Shown one piece after another: positions 52,640 to 61,968 of a stretch of 64,000 bases of DNA (within the stretch, counting starts at the first letter, position 1; every line of letters begins with the position of its first letter). A program made the translations under genes and the position numbers. The notes beneath the pieces were generated by a model, which was not told where the DNA came from, ran no database searches, and saw only the letters and a list, made by a program, of their open reading frames with translations. This DNA is from Candidatus Calescibacterium sp. (GTDB taxonomy: Bacteria > Calescibacteriota > Calescibacteriia > Calescibacteriales > Calescibacteriaceae), in assembly GCA_032249135.1 (NCBI GenBank), contig JAVVGL010000003.1:62893-126892 (forward strand). The letters run 5' to 3'.

Positions 52640-52999
52640 CCCAAAATTTTATTTTGCATTTCACTTATTGCGGAATAAAGTATCTGGTTTATTAATTAAT
52701 TTTGCTTTTTTTGTTTTAGTGGCTTATATCATTTGTTTTATCTCAAAAAGCTTTTTGATTTGTTTTGCTTCTGAACCCAGATTTCGCATGGGCAATCCCA
52801 GAAATTCCTCTTTTTATTTGAAATTACAAAGTCTATGCAATTTTAACAATAGACTGTTAATCCTGATTTTAGCTCTTGCTCATTTTAGCTCCCGTTTCAG
52901 TGGCTCTTTTATTTTCATCACAAAATCCAAAAAATTTGAGTGATTTTTTAATACATAATCCAAATAACTAAATTTGGAGTAGGAAAATCGTAAAAAAAT

Positions 53000-54667
53000 A
53001 TGATAAGCCTTGAAAGCTTGATCGGTATAGCTGAGTTTCTTCTTCTTCCATTAATTTTCGGAGTTATATTCTACTTTCTTATTTCCAAAATATCAAGAAC
53101 TGAACTCAATTGCGTCAGTCCAACACCTGCGATAGAAAAATATGATAGAACGGAATACATCCCAGAAAAGCTAATTTTTCCTTTGAGCTATCTTTTGGTT
53201 TCAACAATAGGAATACCATCAATATTAAGCGTGTATTTTGGATTAAAGTTTGGGATCAGAGCACTACTGCCTTATATTGTCTTTGGATCAATCTTTATAT
53301 CTTTTATAACAAACTACATATCACTTTTTGTATCAGTAAAAAATGAAGGAAAAGACCTAATAAGCATTCTAAGAAAATACGCAGAAGAAAGAGCAGGAAA
53401 AATTTTTTTGATTTTCAGCATAATAAATTTGCTTGCACTGTTCTTCATATTAACCGATGCAGTCTCCGGAATTTTTTTAAAGTATCCTCAAATATTATAT
53501 TCTGTTGGAATATCAGTGTTCCTCTACGCAATACTTGGAATAATAAGGCAAACCTCTCAAACACTTTTAGGAATATCAATTATCCTATCTATTTTGGTAT
53601 TTGCAATTTCCTTTATTATGGGGCAAATTATCTATCATAATATCCCTTATCAAAATAAGATATTAGGTTCTGAAACGATACAAATTCTTATCATTCTCTA
53701 CATATTAACTATATCACTTATACCCTATTGGGGTGGAACCAAAATAAAATCAACTTCACATCTCATTTCGCTTGCAGCAGTAATATTAATAGGATGTATT
53801 GTGGCTATAAAAAATATTCTAAATACTCCTCAAATATTCACAGAAAAAATTTTAGAACCTATTACACTATATCAGAACGATGTATTTCCTTCAATTTTTG
53901 TTTTAGCAATATCAGCATCTTGGGGAGGATTTAACTCATTAATTCTCTCATCAATAGTTTCAAAGAGAATAAGATCATACTGCAATATACCAAGCATATC
54001 GTTTTTAGGTTCAATTGCGGCAATGCTCTTCGCAATAGCGGTAATAATAACAACTATACCTTTTGATAACCTATTTAAACAGCCATCAGCAGAAAAATTC
54101 ATTTTAAGTTTTATACCAGCACTTTTTGAATCGCTTCCTCAAAACCTCAGATATAAGGTAATAGAAGAGTTTTTAGCTTATTCTCTCATATCTTTTACAA
54201 TACTATCTCAGGAAACCATCGGTAGATCTTTAAGGTTGATATTAAAAGAAAGTTTGAGTTCAGGAAACGAAAAAAAGAAGGATAAAAAATCATCCAAATG
54301 GAATATAAACTTTATAAAAACGGAGACATTTACCTTCCTCATAGCAGTAGCTTTTTTCCTTATTGAGAGAGAAAAAATAGATAAAATATGGATCATATTC
54401 GGAACATCAGGGTATCTTGTTCTATTACTTTCCTTCATTACAAGCTATATATTTTTAAGAAAGGAAAAATCTTCTCTCTTTATCAGGGCACTCAAATTAT
54501 TCTCCATTCTTCTTTTTATCTTCTCATCAATTGTAATATTTTCTTTTTTGATGGTAGGAATAAAAAATTATGAAGGACTATCTGTACTATTTCCGGCAAT
54601 AACTCTAATCTTAACCTTGTATGTTATATCAGTTATAGCGAGAGCGATTCGTATGAAGGAAAGCTGA
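53000..54667 (+). CDS. Divergent carbon starvation CstA-family transporter
   Basis: TPA....D..EYIP motif, many TM helices, SVKNEGK, GGFNSL. Confidence 0.6.
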   Translation: MISLESLIGIAEFLLLPLIFGVIFYFLISKISRTELNCVSPTPAIEKYDRTEYIPEKLIFPLSYLLVSTIGIPSILSVYFGLKFGIRALLPYIVFGSIFISFITNYISLFVSVKNEGKDLISILRKYAEERAGKIFLIFSIINLLALFFILTDAVSGIFLKYPQILYSVGISVFLYAILGIIRQTSQTLLGISIILSILVFAISFIMGQIIYHNIPYQNKILGSETIQILIILYILTISLIPYWGGTKIKSTSHLISLAAVILIGCIVAIKNILNTPQIFTEKILEPITLYQNDVFPSIFVLAISASWGGFNSLILSSIVSKRIRSYCNIPSISFLGSIAAMLFAIAVIITTIPFDNLFKQPSAEKFILSFIPALFESLPQNLRYKVIEEFLAYSLISFTILSQETIGRSLRLILKESLSSGNEKKKDKKSSKWNINFIKTETFTFLIAVAFFLIEREKIDKIWIIFGTSGYLVLLLSFITSYIFLRKEKSSLFIRALKLFSILLFIFSSIVIFSFLMVGIKNYEGLSVLFPAITLILTLYVISVIARAIRMKES

Positions 54668-54701
54668 AAAATCTTTTTGGCGATTATTCAAAATTTTCCG
54701 C

Positions 54702-55202
54702 TTAAAAACTATAACCTAAATATAAGCCCATAGCAGGGGTTACTAAAAAAGGTACCGCCTTACTTATATTTCTATTTTCCTTATCTTTGCTGTGAAATGC
54801 TTTCAATCCCAAAAAAATGTCAGCCGTAAATTTATTATCTTTTCTGATTCCTTTGGAACCTAATGTCAGCACTAATATTGGAAATTCCCTTTCCACAGCA
54901 GCAGCTACCCCTTGATAGATATAAACTCCTTCAAACTCTTTTAGCAAATACTCCCTAATTCCTACCTCAAATTCTACTGGAATTATAAAAAACACATTAT
55001 TTAACTCAAAATTTAAAGAAAGCTTACCTAATGCTCTTAATTCAAAATTTATACCAGGAGTGGGAACAATCAAAACCCCTCCATGCCCTGCCCCTTCAAT
55101 AGCAAAAGATAAAGGATTAACAGATATGGTATATTTGTACTCAGTTTCTGAACCTCTATCATGAACTTCTGAAATTAACGCAAATATTAAAATTAGAAGC
55201 AT
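54702..55202 (-). CDS. Small outer-membrane beta-barrel (DUF3575-like), array paralog 7
   Basis: YTISVNP, PGINFE, GIREYL, C-terminal GLYLGYSF. Confidence 0.7.
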   Translation of the reverse strand: MLLILIFALISEVHDRGSETEYKYTISVNPLSFAIEGAGHGGVLIVPTPGINFELRALGKLSLNFELNNVFFIIPVEFEVGIREYLLKEFEGVYIYQGVAAAVEREFPILVLTLGSKGIRKDNKFTADIFLGLKAFHSKDKENRNISKAVPFLVTPAMGLYLGYSF

Positions 55203-55288
55203 AAATTATCACTCTCAACTCAAACCACACTTAATTTTTTCACCAAATATATCCCAAAATTAAAATAGCCTTGTTTCTTATACAAAAC

Positions 55289-55816
55289 TTACCATGTATA
55301 ACCCAAATATACTCCTAAATCTCGCCAAATCCCAAAAGGACCGAGTTTAACATCGCCAAAAAATCCATATGCTGCTCTCAAACCTAAAAATGGGTCTATG
55401 GTAAAACCACTTCTGAAAACATATTTATAACCACCTACCAATATCAAATTAGGTATATACCTTGCAATCTTTTTATATCTTTCTTCTGGCAAGAATAGTA
55501 GATTAATCCATCCCCACGCTATTCCTTGATAAAAATAAAATCCTCTAAATTCTTTTAGCAAATATTCCCTAATTCCTACCTCTATTTCAGTAGGAATAGG
55601 AAATGGAAATATTACATTAATTTCAAAGTTAAATGACCAATTACCTCCTCCTTTCGCCTCAAAATTTATTCCAGGATTTGGTAAAATTATTCCCCCCGCA
55701 TGACCTGCACCCAAGATAAAAAAAGCTAAGGGATTAACACCAAGGGAGTATTTATGTTCCAATTCTTTTTCTGAAGTTTCAGATATCAGTAAAAGTAGTA
55801 AAAAACCTAATAGCAT
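55289..55816 (-). CDS. Small outer-membrane beta-barrel, array paralog 6
   Basis: YSLGVNP, PGINFE, GIREYL, GFTIDPF, GVYLGYTW. Confidence 0.7.
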   Translation of the reverse strand: MLLGFLLLLLISETSEKELEHKYSLGVNPLAFFILGAGHAGGIILPNPGINFEAKGGGNWSFNFEINVIFPFPIPTEIEVGIREYLLKEFRGFYFYQGIAWGWINLLFLPEERYKKIARYIPNLILVGGYKYVFRSGFTIDPFLGLRAAYGFFGDVKLGPFGIWRDLGVYLGYTW

Positions 55817-55922
55817 ATTCGTCATAGGAACCCTTTTCAAGTATGTTTATATTCTATTTTTGTGTAGGTTTTCTAAATTTTTACCGTAAACTCACAAAAT
55901 TACCACACAAATATTAGAAATT

Positions 55923-56979
55923 TTACTGGCATATATATGCTCCCACTTGGAAGCAAAACGAAGTTAAATAAGCTTTAGTTGCTTGTATTGCCTTGTTTCT
56001 GACATCCCAGTAAACATTTTTTTGAATACTATCTGGACCGCCACAATCGCCAGGCCAATCACCCTGATCACAAGCACTCATACAATCTCTGTCCGGGTTT
56101 CCCGCCGAATCCTTATTTAGCATGCAATGAGTCATAATCTTCTTTTTAACATTACATGGAGGATAGTCATTTAATGTGAAACCAGAAAACCACCTCGTAC
56201 AAGCAAAATCAGCAGCCGTTGACCATCCTCCTGCCCCGTATAAGCCAGAAAAGAGTCCCCACCCTTCAGCCTCTGTTCCAGAAGGTATATAGGTATTCGG
56301 AAATTTTACTTCCACATTATACTCAGCACATTCCCAATCCAAGCAAACAATAGCCCAGCTAACACACTGCACTCTCTTACAGTTTGGAACAAATATGGAA
56401 TTAGAATGGGACCAAAAATCTTGAACGGGCTGAATCAACTCACCTATAGTGCCATAATCAGTATATCCATAGTATGCAATAGGGTTAGTTCTGAACACAC
56501 AATAACAGCTGTTCTGGGATGATTTTCTGATTAACCTCTTATCAGCGACTGAACATCCTATTCCTCCTCCTCCACCTACTCCATATGATGGAGGTGGATA
56601 TGTTGGAGGAGGTGTAGGAGATGGAGATGTAGGAACACATGAACAGGATACTGGATTTGATTTAACCGGATCTGTTAACACCTGAGCTTTCCCATAGCAA
56701 CCACTAAAATTGCTATTATCACAATGGTAAGAAGAGTCATTTGAGAAGAGACAATCAGCTACATTTGCACCATTTGCTACTGAAGCAGAATCATATGTCC
56801 TACACCAAACTAAACCGCTCACCAAAGGAGGACCGCTATCCCAATTATTATACCTAAAGCCATATTTATATAGTTTAGGATAAAAACTCTGAAGCTGACT
56901 AATGGCTGTCTCTGTGATCTCCTCATGTATAGGCTCTCCTATGAAACACGGAAACTACCATAGATTTTATCCCATACAT
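55923..56979 (-). pseudogene. HET-C/VWA7-like C-terminal cassette 4 without RHS core, frameshifted near 5' end
   Basis: MYGIKSMVVSVFH (ATG 56979), then shifted frame GEPIHEEIT...ADC...HCDN...QDFWSHS...HCMLNKD. Confidence 0.65.
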
Positions 56980-56982
56980 AAT

Positions 56983-57509
56983 TTACCAACTATAACCCAA
57001 ATATAATCCTAAGATTGGAAATAGAAAAAAAGGCATCCAACTTAACGGTCTTTTTTCTCTTTCTTTTACATAAACTATTCTTAATTCCAAAAATGGATCT
57101 ATTGTAAAACCACCTTGATTATCAATATATTTATAGCCTGTACCCAATACTAAATATGGATAATTGACTTTGGTTAAGGTCTCAATATCGAGCTTATCTA
57201 TCCATCCCAACTTTCCACCTTGATAAAGATAAACACCTTGAAATCTTTCTCTCCCTTGTAAATATTCTCTAAATCCGAACCCAAATTCTACTGGAAGTAT
57301 AATCAGAGCACTGTTTAGAGTGAAATTTAATGAAAAATTATTTTTAACTCCAATCTCAAAATTCATTCCCAAAGATGAAAAAATAATTTTTTTTTCTCCC
57401 TAATATCTATAATAACGGAAGCAGGACAAATTCCAAATGTATATCTGAAATTTTTGATTTCTGAAACATTAAATGATAAGATAAACAAAAATAAAAAATT
57501 ACCCAACAT
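56983..57509 (-). pseudogene. Small outer-membrane beta-barrel, paralog 5, frameshifted at A9 tract
   Basis: ATG 57509 MLGNFLFLF..RYTFGICP; one extra A at 57387-57395 restores frame to GMNFE...GLYLGYSW. Confidence 0.75.
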
Positions 57510-57530
57510 ATGTAAAACTATTTTACTATC

Positions 57531-58013
57531 TCAAAAAGCATAACCCAAGTATAATCCTAAAGCCGGTAAAAATCCAATAGGTTCAATACCAAAAGATCCT
57601 CCACCGTACATTAGTCTTAATCCCAAAAATGGATCTACCACAAAACCTCTCTTTGAAATACTTTTGTATCCAAGTGTTAATATCAAACATGGTATATATT
57701 TTGCAACTTCCCTATATTTTTTATCTGGTCCCCAAATATTTAACCATCCCCAGGCTAAACCCTGGTAAAGATAAAAACCTTCTAATGCTTTATCTTCTTC
57801 TAAGTATTCCCTTATTCCTACTTCACCTTCAAGAGGCTCAATTAACAATTTGTTATTTACTTCGAAATTCAAAGAAAAGTTTCCTTTAAGTCCTAATTCA
57901 AAATTTATTCCAGGAGTTGGGAGAAAAAGGAAGGGTGTGATAAAAGAAAAAGGATTAATTTCCAATGTGTATTGTTTTGATACTAAAAAAAATATAATAA
58001 AGGCTAATAGCAT
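57531..58013 (-). CDS. Small outer-membrane beta-barrel, paralog 4
   Basis: YTLEINP, PGINFE, GIREYL, DPFLGLR, GLYLGYAF. Confidence 0.7.
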   Translation of the reverse strand: MLLAFIIFFLVSKQYTLEINPFSFITPFLFLPTPGINFELGLKGNFSLNFEVNNKLLIEPLEGEVGIREYLEEDKALEGFYLYQGLAWGWLNIWGPDKKYREVAKYIPCLILTLGYKSISKRGFVVDPFLGLRLMYGGGSFGIEPIGFLPALGLYLGYAF

Positions 58014-59326
58014 ATGCTTGCGTCTACAAAGCAGAAAGTTAATAGATAATGTTTGGTTGAAGCTACAGCCATTTCCTTCGCATCATTATGAGCAAATTTC
58101 TGAACATTTCCTGCTCCTTTAATACTACATTCACTATCACAACTTGACCAACAATAATCCCCTCCCGGTTCATCTTTATTCAATATACAATGAGCTTTAC
58201 ATGGAGGCCAAGAACAGGCAAGATCTTCTAACCAACTCCAACCACCTGAATCATATTTCCCAGATTCAAGTCCTTTATTACTTGCCTCAACAGGTGTAGG
58301 TAGTGAGGTATATGGCCAATTGTTCTGTATAGGATAATCATATACTGGACACAATCCACTCGGATCAATAGAACAAGGAACTATCATCACAAGGACTGGT
58401 TCAACAAAAAACGCTGTTGAGTGTGACCAAAAATCCTGCACGGAATGAAGCAATCTACCTAATTTTTCAAAATCCATTCCTTCGCTTCCACTACCATATT
58501 GGAATGTTCCAAACGAACAAGAACAATATGAGGGAGATTTCTTTTTTAACCTTTGATTTGCAACTGAACATGCAGGTAATAATCCTTCTATTAATTCTCC
58601 TAGAAATTTGCCTAATTCACTCCCATAACCGTGCCAATTCCATGTATCACTTCCTTCCTCATCATAACAGTAACAAGTTATCAGTCCCGAAGCAACAGGC
58701 TTTTCTAACTTACTAGCGTTGTCGTAACAACCTCCAAAATTATTATTATCACAATGGAAAGAAGAATCGGTTTCATAAAGACAATCCGCTATATTTACAC
58801 CATGAGCAACTCTATTTTCATAGCTCCTGCATCGTAGTATATCAAATGCATATGGTCCTTCCCATCCACATTCATCACATCTTGAACCATGCTCACATAT
58901 TTTACGTGATGGGAATTGACCACATGAAAAAGTTTCATTAATCGCCCTCTCGGTTATCTCTTCATGGATGGGCTTTCCTTCGTGCCAGGTGCCAATAAAT
59001 GTTTTAACAACTTGCAGCTCTGTTTTAAACATTCCCACCGGATCAACTAAATCATGCGGCGAATTATTCGCATATGCATACAAGTTCAAGTCAGATACGG
59101 GGTCAGGTTGCAAATATCTTCCTACTCTCCAATCATAATATCTCCTCACATTATAATACAAACCTGTTTCTATATCCCTATACATCCCATACAGCCTAAA
59201 TGGAATGTAGTTGCTTACAACACCTCTTTCATACAAAGGCTCCCCAAATGGACCAAATTCTGCTCTCCATACCTCCTTTCCTGCCTCATCATATATAACT
59301 CTCGGTATCCCTCTCCAATTCATCAT
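58004..59326 (-). CDS. Orphan RHS core-end + Cys-rich HET-C/VWA7-like domain (cassette 3)
   Basis: ETGLYYNVRRYYD..GRYLQPDP, NSP..VDPVG; HEEIT, HCDN, LGRLLHSVQDFWSHS, LNKD. Confidence 0.85.
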   Translation of the reverse strand: MMNWRGIPRVIYDEAGKEVWRAEFGPFGEPLYERGVVSNYIPFRLYGMYRDIETGLYYNVRRYYDWRVGRYLQPDPVSDLNLYAYANNSPHDLVDPVGMFKTELQVVKTFIGTWHEGKPIHEEITERAINETFSCGQFPSRKICEHGSRCDECGWEGPYAFDILRCRSYENRVAHGVNIADCLYETDSSFHCDNNNFGGCYDNASKLEKPVASGLITCYCYDEEGSDTWNWHGYGSELGKFLGELIEGLLPACSVANQRLKKKSPSYCSCSFGTFQYGSGSEGMDFEKLGRLLHSVQDFWSHSTAFFVEPVLVMIVPCSIDPSGLCPVYDYPIQNNWPYTSLPTPVEASNKGLESGKYDSGGWSWLEDLACSWPPCKAHCILNKDEPGGDYCWSSCDSECSIKGAGNVQKFAHNDAKEMAVASTKHYLLTFCFVDASICY

Positions 59327-59352
59327 AGCAGCTCAGTCCTTCCGCTTGAAAC

Positions 59353-59919
59353 TTACCAGCTATAACCTAAATATAAACCTAGGGCTGGCAGAATTCCAAA
59401 CTTAAAGGACCCAAATGAGAAATTTCCTATAAGAAAACCTCCTCCATATATTATCCTTAAACCTGAAAACGGATCTATTGTAAAACCTTTCTTTGAGATA
59501 GATTTGTTTCCCAAAGTTAATATTAAATTTGGCACATACTTTGCAAGCTTTCTATAACGATTTTTCTCTGAATTTTCTTCAAATTCTGCAGAAGTTGCAA
59601 TATTTATCCATCCCCATGTTAATCCTTGATAAAGATAGGTACCTCTAAATCTTTCTTTTCCCAAATATTCCCTAATTCCTAACTCTACCTCGACAGGAAA
59701 TATAAACCACACATTATTTAACTCAAAATTCAACGAAAGCCTATCTTTAACTTTCATCTCAAAATTTATTCCAGGAATTGGTAGAAAGAATTCGGGAGCA
59801 TGTCCACCACCTGTGACGAAAGGTAAAGGATTAATCTCCAGTGTATATTTATATTTATATCCTAGATTCTCTTCTAAGGTCTCTGAAAACAGAAAAATTA
59901 CAAAAAATACTAATAACAT
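59353..59919 (-). CDS. Small outer-membrane beta-barrel, paralog 3
   Basis: YTLEINP, PGINFE, GIREYL, GFTIDPF, GLYLGYSW. Confidence 0.7.
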   Translation of the reverse strand: MLLVFFVIFLFSETLEENLGYKYKYTLEINPLPFVTGGGHAPEFFLPIPGINFEMKVKDRLSLNFELNNVWFIFPVEVELGIREYLGKERFRGTYLYQGLTWGWINIATSAEFEENSEKNRYRKLAKYVPNLILTLGNKSISKKGFTIDPFSGLRIIYGGGFLIGNFSFGSFKFGILPALGLYLGYSW

Positions 59920-61397
59920 AAATTTGGAGCTTCTTGACAAAAAGAAAATAAATAATGCACAGTTGATGCTAATGCTCTATTTCTGGCATCCCAGAAAGCA
60001 TACCTTTGTACATTATCGTCACCTCCACAGTCGCCCGGCCAATCGCCTTGATCGCAAGCACCCATGCAATCTCTATCGGGTCCCACATTATCATCTTTAT
60101 TTAACATACAATGCGTAAAGACTTGTGCCTGAAGATCACACGGAGGCCAACGACTACCAATGAAAGATATCGCCTTTTGACATGAAATATCATCTGAAGC
60201 CGACCAGCTATATTCCCACTTACTTCCACCATATAGACCGGATGTAAGGTAATAAAAGTGAAAAAGAGAATCTGGTATTTTATGCAGGATGTAATACGAA
60301 ACTACCTCATACTCCGCACATTCCCAGTCAAGACAAATTCCTAAAAATGATGATGCACATATTCTGTTCCCACATATTGAAACAAATACTGCATTAGAAT
60401 GGGCCCAGAAGTCTTGAACGGGATGAAGATACCTTCCCAAAGTTTCATAATCTTCTGGTACTCTAAAAGAGCACTGCAAAATCGGTCGTAAAGTCTTTTC
60501 CTTTAATCTTTGGGTTGAAACAGAATACTCTCTTTCATTATCTTCTCTGGGTCCGATTGGTGATCGGTATGGCGGTGTTTGTGAGCCTTTAGAACAACCC
60601 CTTTTCTCGCTTTCTCCAGGTCCACTTGGTGGTGGGTATGACGAGGGTTGTGAGTCTTTGCCAGAAGAACAACCTCTTATCTCGCCTTTTCCGGGTCCGC
60701 CCCCATCTGGTGGAGGGTATGTTGGTGGTGGGTTTGACGGTGGTTTTGGTGGTGGGTTTGGTAGTGGTTGGTCGCAATTAGCAACACACACACATGCTAC
60801 CACTCCCCTTGATTTAGGGAATTCTACCCTTTCTGTCACCTTACGACATACTTCAAAATTATCATTGTCACAGTGGTATGAAGAATCGTCTTCATAAAAA
60901 CAGTCTGCCCTGTTCGCACCTTGTGCTAATTTATTTTTATATCCTCTACACTGTGCAACTGAATAAAGCCACGGACTATCTTTAAAACTCCAATAATCTT
61001 CCGCTGGTCCAAACTGCCTGAGAATTGAATATCCAAGATTGTTAACGGCATCTTCTGTTATTTTTTCGTGATGAGGATAACCAACATGATGAGGGAAACC
61101 TAGCGGTCGCATAGTAGTTTTAAACATCCCCAAAGGATCAACTACATCATACGGTGAATTACTTACATACGCATACAAATTTAAGTCAGAAACAGGGTCA
61201 GGTTGCAGATACCTCCCTACCCTCCAATCATAATACCTCCTCGCATTATAATACAATCCTGTTTCAATATCCTTATACATCCCATACAGCCTAAACGGAA
61301 TGTAGTTGCTTACAACACCTCTTTCATACAATGGCTCCCCAAATGGTCCAAACTCTGCTCCACAGTACTTTTCTACCGATGTATTAACAAGATACAT
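59910..61397 (-). CDS. Orphan RHS core-end + Cys-rich HET-C/VWA7-like domain (cassette 2)
   Basis: RHS core with VDPLG; HEKIT, HCDN, LGRYLHPVQDFWAHS, LNKD; AGGAGGA RBS. Confidence 0.85.
   Translation of the reverse strand: MYLVNTSVEKYCGAEFGPFGEPLYERGVVSNYIPFRLYGMYKDIETGLYYNARRYYDWRVGRYLQPDPVSDLNLYAYVSNSPYDVVDPLGMFKTTMRPLGFPHHVGYPHHEKITEDAVNNLGYSILRQFGPAEDYWSFKDSPWLYSVAQCRGYKNKLAQGANRADCFYEDDSSYHCDNDNFEVCRKVTERVEFPKSRGVVACVCVANCDQPLPNPPPKPPSNPPPTYPPPDGGGPGKGEIRGCSSGKDSQPSSYPPPSGPGESEKRGCSKGSQTPPYRSPIGPREDNEREYSVSTQRLKEKTLRPILQCSFRVPEDYETLGRYLHPVQDFWAHSNAVFVSICGNRICASSFLGICLDWECAEYEVVSYYILHKIPDSLFHFYYLTSGLYGGSKWEYSWSASDDISCQKAISFIGSRWPPCDLQAQVFTHCMLNKDDNVGPDRDCMGACDQGDWPGDCGGDDNVQRYAFWDARNRALASTVHYLFSFCQEAPNLCY
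61183..61337 (-). repeat. 155-bp RHS-core segment identical to 63748-63902 (diverged third copy near 59085-59245)
   Basis: Base-by-base comparison by eye. Confidence 0.9.
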
Positions 61398-61420
61398 AGC
61401 TCAGTCCTCCTATTTAAAAT

Positions 61421-61957
61421 TTACCAACTATAGCCTAAATATAAACCTAAAACTGATGATAAATATGCAAAAGGGCTAATATTATACATAAAAGGAGAAC
61501 GACCACTCATTATTCTTATACCAAAAAAAGGATCTAAAGTTAATCGAATCTTTCCGATAAGTTTGTATCCAACGGTCAATATAAAGTGTGGATACTTTCC
61601 TGCAATTTCCCAATCTCTTGTTTTTAATCCCCCTACTGCTATCCCTTGATAAAAATATAAACCTTGGAAATCTTTCTTTTTTCTTAAATATTCTCTAATG
61701 CCTACTTCAATTTCAACTGGATAAACAAAAAACAAATTATTTATTTCAAAATTGACTGAGAATATATTCGGAAACTTTATCTCAAAATTTATCGCAGGAG
61801 TTGGTAAATATTCAGTTAAAATAAGTGGTGGTTCTTTCTCCTCAACGAAAATCATAAAAGAAAAAGGGTTAATGGATATAGTATATTTGTATCTTCCCTC
61901 TTGCTCTTCAGCTGAAAACTCCGAAATTAAAGTAAACAATAAAAACCACAAAAACAT
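61421..61957 (-). CDS. Small outer-membrane beta-barrel, paralog 2
   Basis: YTISINP, PAINFE, GIREYL, DPFFG, GLYLGYSW. Confidence 0.7.
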   Translation of the reverse strand: MFLWFLLFTLISEFSAEEQEGRYKYTISINPFSFMIFVEEKEPPLILTEYLPTPAINFEIKFPNIFSVNFEINNLFFVYPVEIEVGIREYLRKKKDFQGLYFYQGIAVGGLKTRDWEIAGKYPHFILTVGYKLIGKIRLTLDPFFGIRIMSGRSPFMYNISPFAYLSSVLGLYLGYSW

Positions 61958-61968
61958 AAAGTTATTAT

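Noticed and set aside
52668-52943. 91-aa ORF
   Set aside because: Overlaps an Rpn remnant on the opposite strand; no recognisable features
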